Shown in pieces: positions 1 to 9,120 of a stretch of DNA of 64,000 bases. Made by a program: the position numbers and the translations under genes. This stretch comes from Chloroflexota bacterium (lineage in GTDB: Bacteria; Chloroflexota; Dehalococcoidia; Lucifugimonadales; UBA3495). A model generated the notes under the pieces. It did not search any database. It was not told the origin of the DNA and was given only the letters and a program-made list of their open reading frames with translations. Position 1 is the stretch's first letter, and each line of letters starts with the position of its first letter. The stretch spans positions 96,001 through 160,000 of the forward strand of contig JAQBVF010000001.1 of NCBI GenBank assembly GCA_027623675.1, in the 5' to 3' direction.

Positions 1-187
1 GAGCGTATTCTGCCACTTCAGAGGGCGAGAGCTCGGACACCTTTCGTTCTCTGCCACACCAGGCCACGAACCGGCCTAGTTCCTGGTGGCTCTGCTGGAC
101 TGTTTTGGCAGATTTCTTTGCCGCCACAAATTGGGTCAGAGCTTCCGAGATTGAAATATTTGTTGAAATGCCTTGCTCAGTCGCCAC
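1..187 (-). CDS. 5' part of a gene running off the left edge; resembles the N-terminal extension of Dehalococcoidia-type GreA
   Basis: Read manually: GGAGGT RBS, GTG at 187, open to position 1 (MATEQGISTNISISEALTQFVAAKKSAKTVQQSHQELGRFVAWCGRERKVSELSPSEVAEYA). The family call is from recalled similarity only; the GreA domain is not in the window. Confidence 0.5.
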   Translation of the reverse strand, partial: MATEQGISTNISISEALTQFVAAKKSAKTVQQSHQELGRFVAWCGRERKVSELSPSEVAEYA

Positions 188-583
188 TCAAGTACCTCCA
201 CCGTCAGTCAATTTTCAGATTGCGTAGAAGGACACCATGAATCTTAGGGATATTTCGAGGTTTTGCCGGAGAGCCTAGAGGGGACGCCGCCGGACCAAAC
301 CTTGGGTGACGCGGCTCCGAATCGTCCGAAAAATCGGCTTTTTTCGAGACGAACACTAAGCTAAATATAGCAGTTTTCACCGGTTAAGGCAATCAGAAGA
401 CACAACCCGGACGGCGGCGGATGGCCTGGAAAATCCGCCAGATTTGGGGTTGCTGATTGGTCGCAACCGAACCCGGGAACCCACTGTCCATAGAATGCCC
501 CCTGGGTGCATAGGTCTCCCGGAGAAACGGAAATTCCGGTCAAACCAGACGGTCCTCGTCCCTCAGATGCACATCTAAAATCT

Positions 584-612
584 TTGACTATGTGCCTGCG
601 AGGATGTAGCAT
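584..612 (+). promoter_or_regulatory. Sigma70-type promoter for the PEPCK-like gene
   Basis: TTGACT-N17-TAGCAT about 100 nt upstream of ATG 711. Confidence 0.45.
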
Positions 613-710
613 ACGTTCGCATTTGCGCAATATGTTTACCTAATCACCGTCGCCGGCCCCACCATGCCAGCACGGTGTTGGTTCGCCACCCTAACTAAGA
701 GATAAGAAAC

Positions 711-2999
711 ATGAGCCCCCAAATTCAGCCCAATCCTGGCTCGGCGCTGGCCGGTCCCGCAGCCAATCCGGCGTTCGTGAAAGAACTGGACCGCCTGGTT
801 GCCCTGGCCCGCCAAGGCCACAAACCAGAAACTCCCTTCAACAACCCCTCCAACGATTGGCTCATCAGCCACATGAATGTGCTGCAAGACCTTCCCGACA
901 GCGACCAGCAGAAATTTCTCAACGAAGCCAGCCTCATAAACAAGGAGGCCGAAGAGGCCAACGCGGCCGGAAGGGCGGCTGGACGCGCCTGGCCCGGGGT
1001 CGTCGTGCGCCTGGACACCGGCGGGTTCGCCTTCTTCAGCCAACTGGGCGTCGTCCGCCGGCCCGACCTGACACAGTATTTCATCGACGGGTTCGCCAAG
1101 AACCGGGACGGCGTGTTTTTCAGCGAAGCGAGCCAGGCCCTGTTCGCCGAGGTGTTTACCTACCTGAACGCGTACCTGGAAGAGAAACTGGCGTCCGGCG
1201 ACACCATTGTCCAGACCGACCGGCAGATCGGCGACGCTCCAGGGCGCTCTTTTCACGCCCGGCAGATGCTGTTCGGCACGCAGTACATGCAGATCCCCCT
1301 CATGTGGCGTCAACTAACGTTCGATGCCAGCGAGGAGGTCCGCCGCCAGGAACCGGACATCCTTGAAGTTTCCCTGCCCCACTGGTTGGATGACCTGGGA
1401 ATGCCCGAAGGACTGAAGCAGCGGATCCGAGATTCGGGTCTGACCCAACTGGTGTTCAAGGCGCCCACCCGCGGCCTTTCCCTGCACCTGGGCTTCGACT
1501 ACGTGGGCGAACACAAGATGGGACCTCTGTCCATCGCCATGTTCAAGGTGAAAGAGGTCGACGGACTGGCCATTCAAGCCGCGCTCAGCATGGCCCGGGT
1601 CAAGACGCTGTCCGGCCAGACCAAGAACACGGCCCTGATCACGGTGGGGCCGTCCCTACACGGCAAGAGCACGCTGACCATCATGCTGGAGTTGGCCAAC
1701 AGCCAACTGGCCAAGACACTCAAACTGAAGACCGACGCCGATGAAGGCGTCTACCCCATGAACGACGACATCGTGCTGCTGCAGCCGCTAAAGGACCCGG
1801 TCACCGTCACCAAGGACGGCAAGCAGTCCACCCTCTACTACGGCATCGACGGCACCGAGAACAACCTCTACGCCATGCCCTTCGGCCTGAACAAGTCGGA
1901 AGACCCCATCACATTTGAAGCCGTCAGGGGCACCGAACAGGACCCCAACTCCCAGGAGACACTGGAGAACGTTCCGGTCGACCTGGACTCATGGACCCCC
2001 AATTTCCTATCCAACCCGGTCCGCAACATGCGGGTAACCCTTTCCCGCACCCGGTTGGTGGCCCGCAAGGGCGCCGCTGACCTGCTCAAGAAGATCACCA
2101 ACGGCCGGGAGACCGAGGGCGTCCACGTGCCCATCGAGAACACCGACCAGGTGTACTGGCAGGCCGTGATGCGCCAGAACACGGTTGTGCCCCCGCTGCG
2201 GCGCCTGACCCCCGAGGCCTACATCCGCATCCTGATGTACGGCGAAGCGGTCCAGATGGGCGCCGCCATCGGGGCCATTGGCCGTCCCTACGTGGAATAC
2301 TTCTCCGACCCGTTCATCATCGGGCTGGAAGACGAGAACGCCAATAACCTCTACAAGATCGTCAAAAAGATCGAGGAGGGCGGCCTGCACCAGCAATACT
2401 ACGTGTTCAACACCGGTGGCGTGGGAGCCGACAACAACGACCAGGCCAGCGGCGCCAAGTACAAGAAGATACCCCGAGAACTGACACTGATGCTCCAAGA
2501 GGCTTTGCTTCGGGACGCAGTCAAGTTCGAACGTGAGCCTAACTTGGGCTCAGATCTGGCCGTGGCCATCGTGGACGCAGCGGGCAATGAGGTAGTCGAC
2601 CTGCGGGCCGAGTGGCTGCCGCAGAACATCTACGGAGCGGACGATTACTCCCATCGCATAACCGAGTTGAGCCGCCGCCGGTTCTACGGCGAGAGTCAGG
2701 AAGACAAAGCCGGGATACTCCGCTACACCAAGGTCCTGAACGACCTGTACGACCTGTCGGACATTCCGGTCCCGGCCAACGAACGCGAATTGACCTGGCT
2801 GCTGTCCTTCTACTGGAACGCCGACCAGGCATACAGCACCCTTTCCGAGCTTGACGCCCACCGAGGCGAGGGAAGCGCACCCGGCGGAGACGTTTTACGG
2901 CAGTTGCAAGAGCAGTACGCCGCGGCGGCCGCCAACGGCATCACCCTGCCGTCCGGCTGCGCCGCTCTGTTAGCCAACCTGGGCATCAAGGCTTCCTAG
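711..2999 (+). CDS. Divergent ATP-dependent phosphoenolpyruvate carboxykinase-like protein
   Basis: PEPCK motifs in order: DYVGEHKMG, P-loop GPSLHGKST, NDD, GTENNLYA, LENV, NMR, FNTGG. Several canonical residues are substituted. Confidence 0.7.
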   Translation: MSPQIQPNPGSALAGPAANPAFVKELDRLVALARQGHKPETPFNNPSNDWLISHMNVLQDLPDSDQQKFLNEASLINKEAEEANAAGRAAGRAWPGVVVRLDTGGFAFFSQLGVVRRPDLTQYFIDGFAKNRDGVFFSEASQALFAEVFTYLNAYLEEKLASGDTIVQTDRQIGDAPGRSFHARQMLFGTQYMQIPLMWRQLTFDASEEVRRQEPDILEVSLPHWLDDLGMPEGLKQRIRDSGLTQLVFKAPTRGLSLHLGFDYVGEHKMGPLSIAMFKVKEVDGLAIQAALSMARVKTLSGQTKNTALITVGPSLHGKSTLTIMLELANSQLAKTLKLKTDADEGVYPMNDDIVLLQPLKDPVTVTKDGKQSTLYYGIDGTENNLYAMPFGLNKSEDPITFEAVRGTEQDPNSQETLENVPVDLDSWTPNFLSNPVRNMRVTLSRTRLVARKGAADLLKKITNGRETEGVHVPIENTDQVYWQAVMRQNTVVPPLRRLTPEAYIRILMYGEAVQMGAAIGAIGRPYVEYFSDPFIIGLEDENANNLYKIVKKIEEGGLHQQYYVFNTGGVGADNNDQASGAKYKKIPRELTLMLQEALLRDAVKFEREPNLGSDLAVAIVDAAGNEVVDLRAEWLPQNIYGADDYSHRITELSRRRFYGESQEDKAGILRYTKVLNDLYDLSDIPVPANERELTWLLSFYWNADQAYSTLSELDAHRGEGSAPGGDVLRQLQEQYAAAAANGITLPSGCAALLANLGIKAS

Positions 3000-3304
3000 T
3001 AGGCCAATACCGGGTAAGCCACTACCGTAAGCCACTACTGGACCCGGACCGGCCCTCAGCCGGTTGCGTGTCCGGAGCCGGCCAGCGTAGGTATTCTACT
3101 GGTTGCCTTGCTGTTCGGTCGTCTTCGGCCGGTCCCGGTTTTTGACTGTCCTCGATTCATCGAACACCCGCTATACTGAGACCCGAGCGGGGCCAAACCA
3201 GTCTGGCCCGACGCCAGGCTTATCGGTCCGGTATCCACGGGCAATCTCCACGGGCGCAATATCATTGGGCGAGATCCATTGGCCAAAACACAGGAGGGCG
3301 CGAC

Positions 3305-4273
3305 ATGAAAGCAGTACAGATCACCGAATTCGGCGGCCCCGAGGTAATGAAGTACACAGACGTGGCCGACCCGGTCCCCGGCGAAGGGGAAGCGCTGGTC
3401 CAGATACAGGCTGCCGGCGTTAACTTCACCGATGTCTACAGCCGCCAAGGCGTCAACCCCGGCCCCCCTCTGCCCCGGATCATCGGAGTGGAAGGCGCGG
3501 GTGTGGTCAAGGCCGTCGGCCCCGGCGTGACCGAGGTCAAGGCCGGCGACGAAGTGACCTATTGCACCGCCCCCGGCACCTATGCCGAGTTGGCCATCGT
3601 GCCCGCCTGGCGGCTGATGATCCGCCCTCCCGGAGTGGATGCAAAAGCCGGGGCCGCGGCCATCCTCCAGGGGATGACGGCGCACTATCTGTGCCACTCC
3701 ACCTACGCCGTGCAGAAGGGCGACAAAGTCATAGTCCACGCCGGGGCCGGCGGAATGGGCCTCCTGCTCACCCAGATGATCAAGAAGTTGGGCGGCTACG
3801 TGTTCTCGACGGTCTCCACCGAGGAGAAAGCCGAGCTCTCCAAGCAGGCCGGCGCGGACCACGTGATCATGTACACCCAGCAGGACTTCGCCGAAGAGGT
3901 CAAGAAGGCCACCAACGGCGAAGGCGTTCAGGTGGTGTACGACGGCGTTGGCAAGACCACCTTCAACCAGAGCATCAGCTCGCTAGGCCGCCGTGGCCAC
4001 ATGGTGCTGTACGGCGCTGCCAGTGGAGCCCCCGACCCCATCAGCCCCGGCATCCTGGGCGCCGGGTCACTTTCGCTAACCCGTCCCGGGCTGGGCGACT
4101 ACACCGTGAACCGGGCCGAGCTGGAAAAGCGGGCCGGCGACGTTCTCGGCTGGGTCAGTTCCGGTGAACTGAAGCTGCGCATCGGCGGCGAGTTCCCGTT
4201 GTCGGAAGCCTCCGAGGCCCACCGTGCTCTGGAGAGCCGAGCCACCACCGGCAAACTGCTGCTGATTCCCTAG
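3305..4273 (+). CDS. qor: NADPH:quinone oxidoreductase (zeta-crystallin/MDR family)
   Basis: GGPEV, AAGVNF, AGAGGMG nucleotide-binding motif, VYDGVG, C-terminal TTGKLLL; GGAGG RBS. Confidence 0.9.
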   Translation: MKAVQITEFGGPEVMKYTDVADPVPGEGEALVQIQAAGVNFTDVYSRQGVNPGPPLPRIIGVEGAGVVKAVGPGVTEVKAGDEVTYCTAPGTYAELAIVPAWRLMIRPPGVDAKAGAAAILQGMTAHYLCHSTYAVQKGDKVIVHAGAGGMGLLLTQMIKKLGGYVFSTVSTEEKAELSKQAGADHVIMYTQQDFAEEVKKATNGEGVQVVYDGVGKTTFNQSISSLGRRGHMVLYGAASGAPDPISPGILGAGSLSLTRPGLGDYTVNRAELEKRAGDVLGWVSSGELKLRIGGEFPLSEASEAHRALESRATTGKLLLIP

Positions 4274-4334
4274 ACGGATCAGACGAGCAGGGCCGAACGG
4301 CCCTTCACCAGCCTAGAGACCAGGCCGCATGATA

Positions 4335-4367
4335 ATTGTTGACCAAGTTAGTCGACTTTAATATAAT
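4335..4367 (+). promoter_or_regulatory. Sigma70 promoter overlapped by an IscR/Rrf2-like operator
   Basis: TTGACC(4339)-N17-TATAAT(4362). ATTGTTGACCAAGTTAGTCGACTTT (4335-4359) has GAC-N7-GTC symmetry like IscR type-1 sites. Upstream of Fe-S genes. Confidence 0.7.
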
Positions 4368-4397
4368 CGTGGCAGGCGAACCCATTAGGAGGCAGAC

Positions 4398-4706
4398 ATG
4401 CCAGAGGCAACCGTCACCACTGAAGCCATATATGAGGCATTGAAATCGGTGTACGATCCGGAGATTCCGGTCAACATCGTAGACCTGGGACTGGTTTACG
4501 ACGTCCAGATCAAGGATTCCGATGTTTACGTGCAGATGACTCTGACCTTCCCCGGTTGCGGCATGGGCCCGTACATCGGCCAGCAGGCTGAGTGGGCGCT
4601 GCAGGAACTGGACGGCGTCGAAGAGGTCCAGATCGAGATGGTATTCGACCCGCCCTGGTCTCCCGAACTGATCAGCGCGGAAGCCCGGGAACAACTGGGC
4701 ATCTAA
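4398..4706 (+). CDS. DUF59/SufT-family Fe-S cluster assembly protein
   Basis: VYDPEIPVNIVDLGLVY, MTLTFPGCG, FDPPW motifs. Confidence 0.9.
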   Translation: MPEATVTTEAIYEALKSVYDPEIPVNIVDLGLVYDVQIKDSDVYVQMTLTFPGCGMGPYIGQQAEWALQELDGVEEVQIEMVFDPPWSPELISAEAREQLGI

Positions 4707-4826
4707 ACCGCGCCCCGACCCGTTTTCACGAACCATGCGCTCCTATTTGGACGCATGGTTCCCTTGCCCCTGAATATAGGGCCACCAAACGGCAATCAGA
4801 AACCCTGAGCCACAGCCGGAGGACGC

Positions 4827-5636
4827 ATGCCCACGCCCCAGGAAACCGCGCGCCTGGAACAGATCAAACGAACCTGGCAGCAGAAACGCCAGATCACCGA
4901 GCGCCTGGACAAGATCAAGACCAAGATCGGCGTTTACAGCGGTAAAGGCGGCGTGGGTAAGACCACGGTCGCCGTTAACCTGGCCGTGACTTTGGCCGCC
5001 CAGGGAAACACCGTGGGCCTCTTGGACGTGGACATAGACTGCCCCAACGTCACCAAGGTCATGGGCATCACCGACAAGCCGGACTATGTTGACAACCAGA
5101 TCATTCCCTCGGAGAAATGGGGCGTGAAAGTGGTCTCAATGGCCTTCTTCCAAGAGAAAGAGGACGAGGCCATCATCTGGCGCGGACCCATGATTCATAA
5201 CGCCATCAACCAGTTCCTCCAGGCCACCGATTGGCAGGAACTGGATTACCTCGTCGTAGACCTGCCGCCGGGCACGTCCGACTCTCCGTTGACCATCATG
5301 CAGGGCCTGCCCATGGACGGGTTCGTGGTCGTCAGCACCCCTCAGGACCTGGCCAACCTGGACGCCAAACGCTGCATCAACATGATCCGCAAGTTGAACC
5401 TGAACGTGCTGGGCGTGGTGGAGAACTACACCGGCGAGGTCTTTGGGCACGGCGGCGGAAAGAACCTGGCGAAAGAGACGGATGTCCCCTTCCTAGGAGA
5501 CCTGGCGCTCAGGTCCGCCTACCGCGACTCATCCAAGCCCACAGCCCTCCTGGACAAGTCGGTGGGAGAAGAGTTCACCGCGCTGTCTGAGGCGATCAAG
5601 AAAAGCCTCAAGGAATTTGGCTGCCAGGCGGCTTAA
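4827..5636 (+). CDS. Mrp/ApbC/NBP35-family P-loop ATPase lacking the C-terminal CxxC
   Basis: SGKGGVGKTT, IIWRGPM, DYLVVDLPPGT and GVVEN motifs; directly follows the DUF59 gene. Confidence 0.88.
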   Translation: MPTPQETARLEQIKRTWQQKRQITERLDKIKTKIGVYSGKGGVGKTTVAVNLAVTLAAQGNTVGLLDVDIDCPNVTKVMGITDKPDYVDNQIIPSEKWGVKVVSMAFFQEKEDEAIIWRGPMIHNAINQFLQATDWQELDYLVVDLPPGTSDSPLTIMQGLPMDGFVVVSTPQDLANLDAKRCINMIRKLNLNVLGVVENYTGEVFGHGGGKNLAKETDVPFLGDLALRSAYRDSSKPTALLDKSVGEEFTALSEAIKKSLKEFGCQAA

Positions 5637-5705
5637 CACAAAGGGGTTAAGGACGGGCGCGGTGGACCAAACGTGCTGTCCGGCCCGCGCCGCAGCTACC
5701 GGCGA

Positions 5706-7541
5706 CTAATCGTCGGAAGAAACCTGGGCCTCCGCAGGTTCTTCCGGCCGGTCCTTTCTTTTTTGTCTGCGGGATGGCCGCTCGGCCGGCGCATCGCCCG
5801 ACGAGATACTCATCAGCAATTCCACTTCGCGGTTCATCGCTTCCTGAGAATGGCCGCTGCCCTCACCCATCCTGCGAAACTTTTGGTACCGCTTCTTCAA
5901 CAGCTTGCCCTGCGACAACCGCGACAGTTGGGCCAGGTTGGTCAAGATCGCCGCCTGCAACGCCGCCGAAGCCTCGCGGGGGTCAACGTGAGCCCCGCCC
6001 TTCGGCTCGGGAACGATCTGGTCGGCGATGCCCAATTCCAGGCAGTCCCGGGCCGTCAGCATCAGGGCCTCAGCCGCTTCACGGTCCAGCATGTGGTCGT
6101 GGTGGCCGGCGCCCAACGTGCGGTTCACGGATATGGGCGAATAGATGGCATACTGCTGCATCAAGATCCGGTCCGACAACCCCAGAGCCAGGGCTCCCTC
6201 ACTGCCGCCCTCGCCGATAACCACGGAAACCACGGGCGTTGGAACGTTCAGCATGGAAGAAAGCGTCATGGCGATGGCGTTGCCGATGCCCTGTTCCTCG
6301 GCTTCCAACCCCGGGTCCGCGCCTTGGGTATCTATCAGGGTGACCAACGGCAACTTGAACCGGGAGGCCAGGTCGATCACCCGCTGCGCCTTGCGCAGGC
6401 CGTCGGGGAAAACGTGGTACCGCTCGCCTTCCGCCAGAGGCCGCCGCTGCTGGCCGATCACCGCCACCGGCTCGCCTTCTAGAAACCCCACTCCGGCGAC
6501 CACAGACCGGTCATCGCTGTTCAACCGGTCGCCGCGCAGTTCGATGAACGGGTCGAGAATCGACCGGAAATATGCCCCAGCTTGCGGGCGCTCCGAATTG
6601 CGGGCGGCGGTCACTGCCTCCCATGGCTCGATATCGGCGCACTCCTCGGGTTCCACTTTCAACAGATGTTTATGGTTGAACTTTCCCTGTTTCTGAGCCG
6701 TCAGTATCTGCAGCAACGAAGCGATCCTGGGCTGCAGATTCTCACGGTCAACCACGTTGTCCAAAAGGCCATGACCAACATGGGCTTCGGCGGTGTGGGC
6801 GTCGAGCGGCAGAGGCATCTTGGACACCTCCCGCAGCGTTCGCAGGGGAGATAGCCCGATCAAGGACCCCGGTTCGGCCAGGATCACATCTGCCAGGTTG
6901 GCGAAGCTGGCGTAGGCCTGCCCGGTGGAGGGGTTGGCCAGGACCACGATGAATGGCACTTCGGCGTCACGCAGCCGGTTGGCGGCGGTAACCGTCTTGG
7001 CCATCTGCATCAGCGACAAGACGCCCTCTTGGATCCGGACTCCGCCGCCGGAGACGACGGCCACAACCGGCAATCCCCGCCGGGCCGCGCTCTCAAAGGC
7101 CATGGAAACCTTTTCGCCGACCACGCTGCCCATGGTCCCGCCCATGAACCCGAAGTCCAGAACGACCAGCATGGCCTCGGTATCGCCGATGCGGCACCTA
7201 CCGGCGACGGCTGCTTCGGTGAGGCCGGTGCGGTCCTGGTCCTGGGTGAGGAATTTCTTGTAGCGGCTCCGGCGGGAGAACGACAGGGGCTCCACCGAAC
7301 TGACGTACTTATACGACTCTTTGAAGGTTCCCTGGTCGGTCAATAGCTCGATGCGCTGCCGGGCCGTGACGGTGTAGTGGAAACGGCAGAATGGGCAGAC
7401 GCGGTAGGTCAGGTAGGAGGGGGAATCGCTGATTGGCTCTTCGCAAAACAAACACCGGTCATGGATCACCGAAAGGTAGGTCCGGTCGGGTTCGCCGTCA
7501 CGGTTAAAAAGATGGACGAGGAAGTTGGCCAGGTTACGCAA
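5706..7541 (-). CDS. Fused acetyl-CoA carboxylase carboxyltransferase beta+alpha (AccD-AccA), divergent
   Basis: N-terminal CxxC..CxxC Zn finger, FMGGTMGSVVGEK and GGVRIQEG (AccD part); IELRGDR, IDTQGADPG and IGEGGSEGALA (AccA part); TTG start after GGAGG. Confidence 0.85.
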   Translation of the reverse strand: MRNLANFLVHLFNRDGEPDRTYLSVIHDRCLFCEEPISDSPSYLTYRVCPFCRFHYTVTARQRIELLTDQGTFKESYKYVSSVEPLSFSRRSRYKKFLTQDQDRTGLTEAAVAGRCRIGDTEAMLVVLDFGFMGGTMGSVVGEKVSMAFESAARRGLPVVAVVSGGGVRIQEGVLSLMQMAKTVTAANRLRDAEVPFIVVLANPSTGQAYASFANLADVILAEPGSLIGLSPLRTLREVSKMPLPLDAHTAEAHVGHGLLDNVVDRENLQPRIASLLQILTAQKQGKFNHKHLLKVEPEECADIEPWEAVTAARNSERPQAGAYFRSILDPFIELRGDRLNSDDRSVVAGVGFLEGEPVAVIGQQRRPLAEGERYHVFPDGLRKAQRVIDLASRFKLPLVTLIDTQGADPGLEAEEQGIGNAIAMTLSSMLNVPTPVVSVVIGEGGSEGALALGLSDRILMQQYAIYSPISVNRTLGAGHHDHMLDREAAEALMLTARDCLELGIADQIVPEPKGGAHVDPREASAALQAAILTNLAQLSRLSQGKLLKKRYQKFRRMGEGSGHSQEAMNREVELLMSISSGDAPAERPSRRQKRKDRPEEPAEAQVSSDD

Positions 7542-7707
7542 ATAGATCCTCCGGCGTTCGCCAAAAGCGGACCACGCCGCCCCAAAGGCCAGCGTCAGCC
7601 CCGCATTCTGCTCTGTTCATCATACAAAACCTACACTGATATTGAAATCCTGCACAGTGGCATTTGACAGGTCAAAATCCCGATCTACGCCGCAAAACCG
7701 CTCGATC

Positions 7708-7743
7708 GATATTCCGGCTGATATTCCGGGTGATATTCCGGCT
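7708..7743. repeat. 12-bp tandem repeat x3
   Basis: GATATTCCGGCT / GATATTCCGGGT / GATATTCCGGCT. Confidence 0.85.
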
Positions 7744-8127
7744 AGGCACCAGGTCCTCGATGGCGTTCCGGCCTGGAGCGTTGGGTTCAGAGAAGCCTAC
7801 ATTAGTCGTTCAACGAAGGACGGTTCTTTCGGTTAGCATTCATCCATTTTATCCGGACCCTGGAATTTTATCCGAACCCTGGTAGAATCTCCCCTGAAAT
7901 AGTTTCCCATTTCAGTTATGCCGGCCGTCGTTTAACGCTGCCTGGTCTTTGTGGCGCGGCCCCCAATATGGAATACGAACGTACCCAGCGCGATTGATCG
8001 CTCTGATGCTCATCCCGTCATATAACTACTACGAAATCTCAGACCGTTCCGGCTTTCAGTTGGACCGGGCCCCATGGGTAATTCCTTTAATCGCGGTCAA
8101 CAAAAGCGATAACCAGGAGCCTGATAG

Positions 8128-8861
8128 ATGCCAGCAACTTGAGTGTATATCGACGTCAACGCAAGCACCATGGAAAGATATCTGACACAGCCGGAGACGG
8201 AAGGGCGGCACCCGGCGGTGGTGGTGATTCAAGAGATCTGGGGGGTGAACTTGCACATACAACGCACATGCAATCAGGGGTGGACCGGCTGCCGCCCCAC
8301 GGCTACGTTGGACTGGCGTCGGCCATGTTCCACCGCGAGGGCCGCATGGTTACCGGACTGCACGAGGAGATGGACACCGCCATCGGCTGGATGCGCCGGT
8401 GCACCGACGCCACCATACTCTCAGATGTCACGGCCGCGGTCGACTACATCAAAGCACAAGCGTTCGTGCAAGGCGACAAGATCGGCATCGTCGGATTCTG
8501 CTTCGGTGGCCGGGTGTCTTACCTGGCTTCCTGCAACATCTCCGACCTCTCGGCGTCGGTCGTTTTCTACGGCGGTGGTATCGGCGTGGCCATGGGCGAC
8601 GGCCCTTCGCCATTGGACCAGACCGCCAACGCCGGTTGTCCCATATTGGGGCTTTTCGGCGAGGAAGACGCCAACCCGACGCCGGAAGACGTGGCCAAGA
8701 TGGACGCAGCGTTGAATCGGCACGGCAAGGCCCACAGGTTTCATAGCTATGCGGGCGCGGGGCACGGTTTCCACTGCGAAGCCCGGGCCAGCTACCGCCC
8801 GGAAGCAGCCTCGGATGCCTGGGCTAAAACCATCGCCTGGTTCGACAAGTATCTAAAGTAA
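8128..8861 (+). pseudogene. Dienelactone hydrolase-family pseudogene (nonsense codon plus frameshift)
   Basis: AGGAG RBS, ATG 8128, in-frame TGA at codon 5 (8140). PAVVVIQEIWGVN lies in one frame and GFCFGG/GHGF in another. The frames are joined by removing the 11-bp near-duplicate 8263-8273. Confidence 0.8.
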
Positions 8862-9120
8862 GGCCGCGGAGCGCCACTAAATCATCGGCACCGGGCCGGT
8901 CTGCGGTCCGAACGCACCGGCCCTCCGCGTAAGACTCCCCGGTCTCTCAATATCCAGACGCACCCGTTGGGGCCGGGCCAGTTGCGGCGTGGTAAGCTTT
9001 CTCCGATGAATCTCCGAGATATGGATCCCGGCTCAATATTCGGTTTGCACCCTGCAGCCTCTCCGGTTCGGGCGATGGCGCAGGTCGGACCAACGAGCGG
9101 GCCCACGAAAAGGCGTTGCA

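Noticed and set aside
7708..7743. Short repeats here and at 34868 as CRISPR remnants or iterons
   Set aside because: No spacers, units too short, and no cas or rep genes.
8140..8142. In-frame TGA as selenocysteine or recoded Trp
   Set aside because: Non-catalytic position, the gene is also frameshifted, and TGA is used as a normal stop elsewhere in the window.
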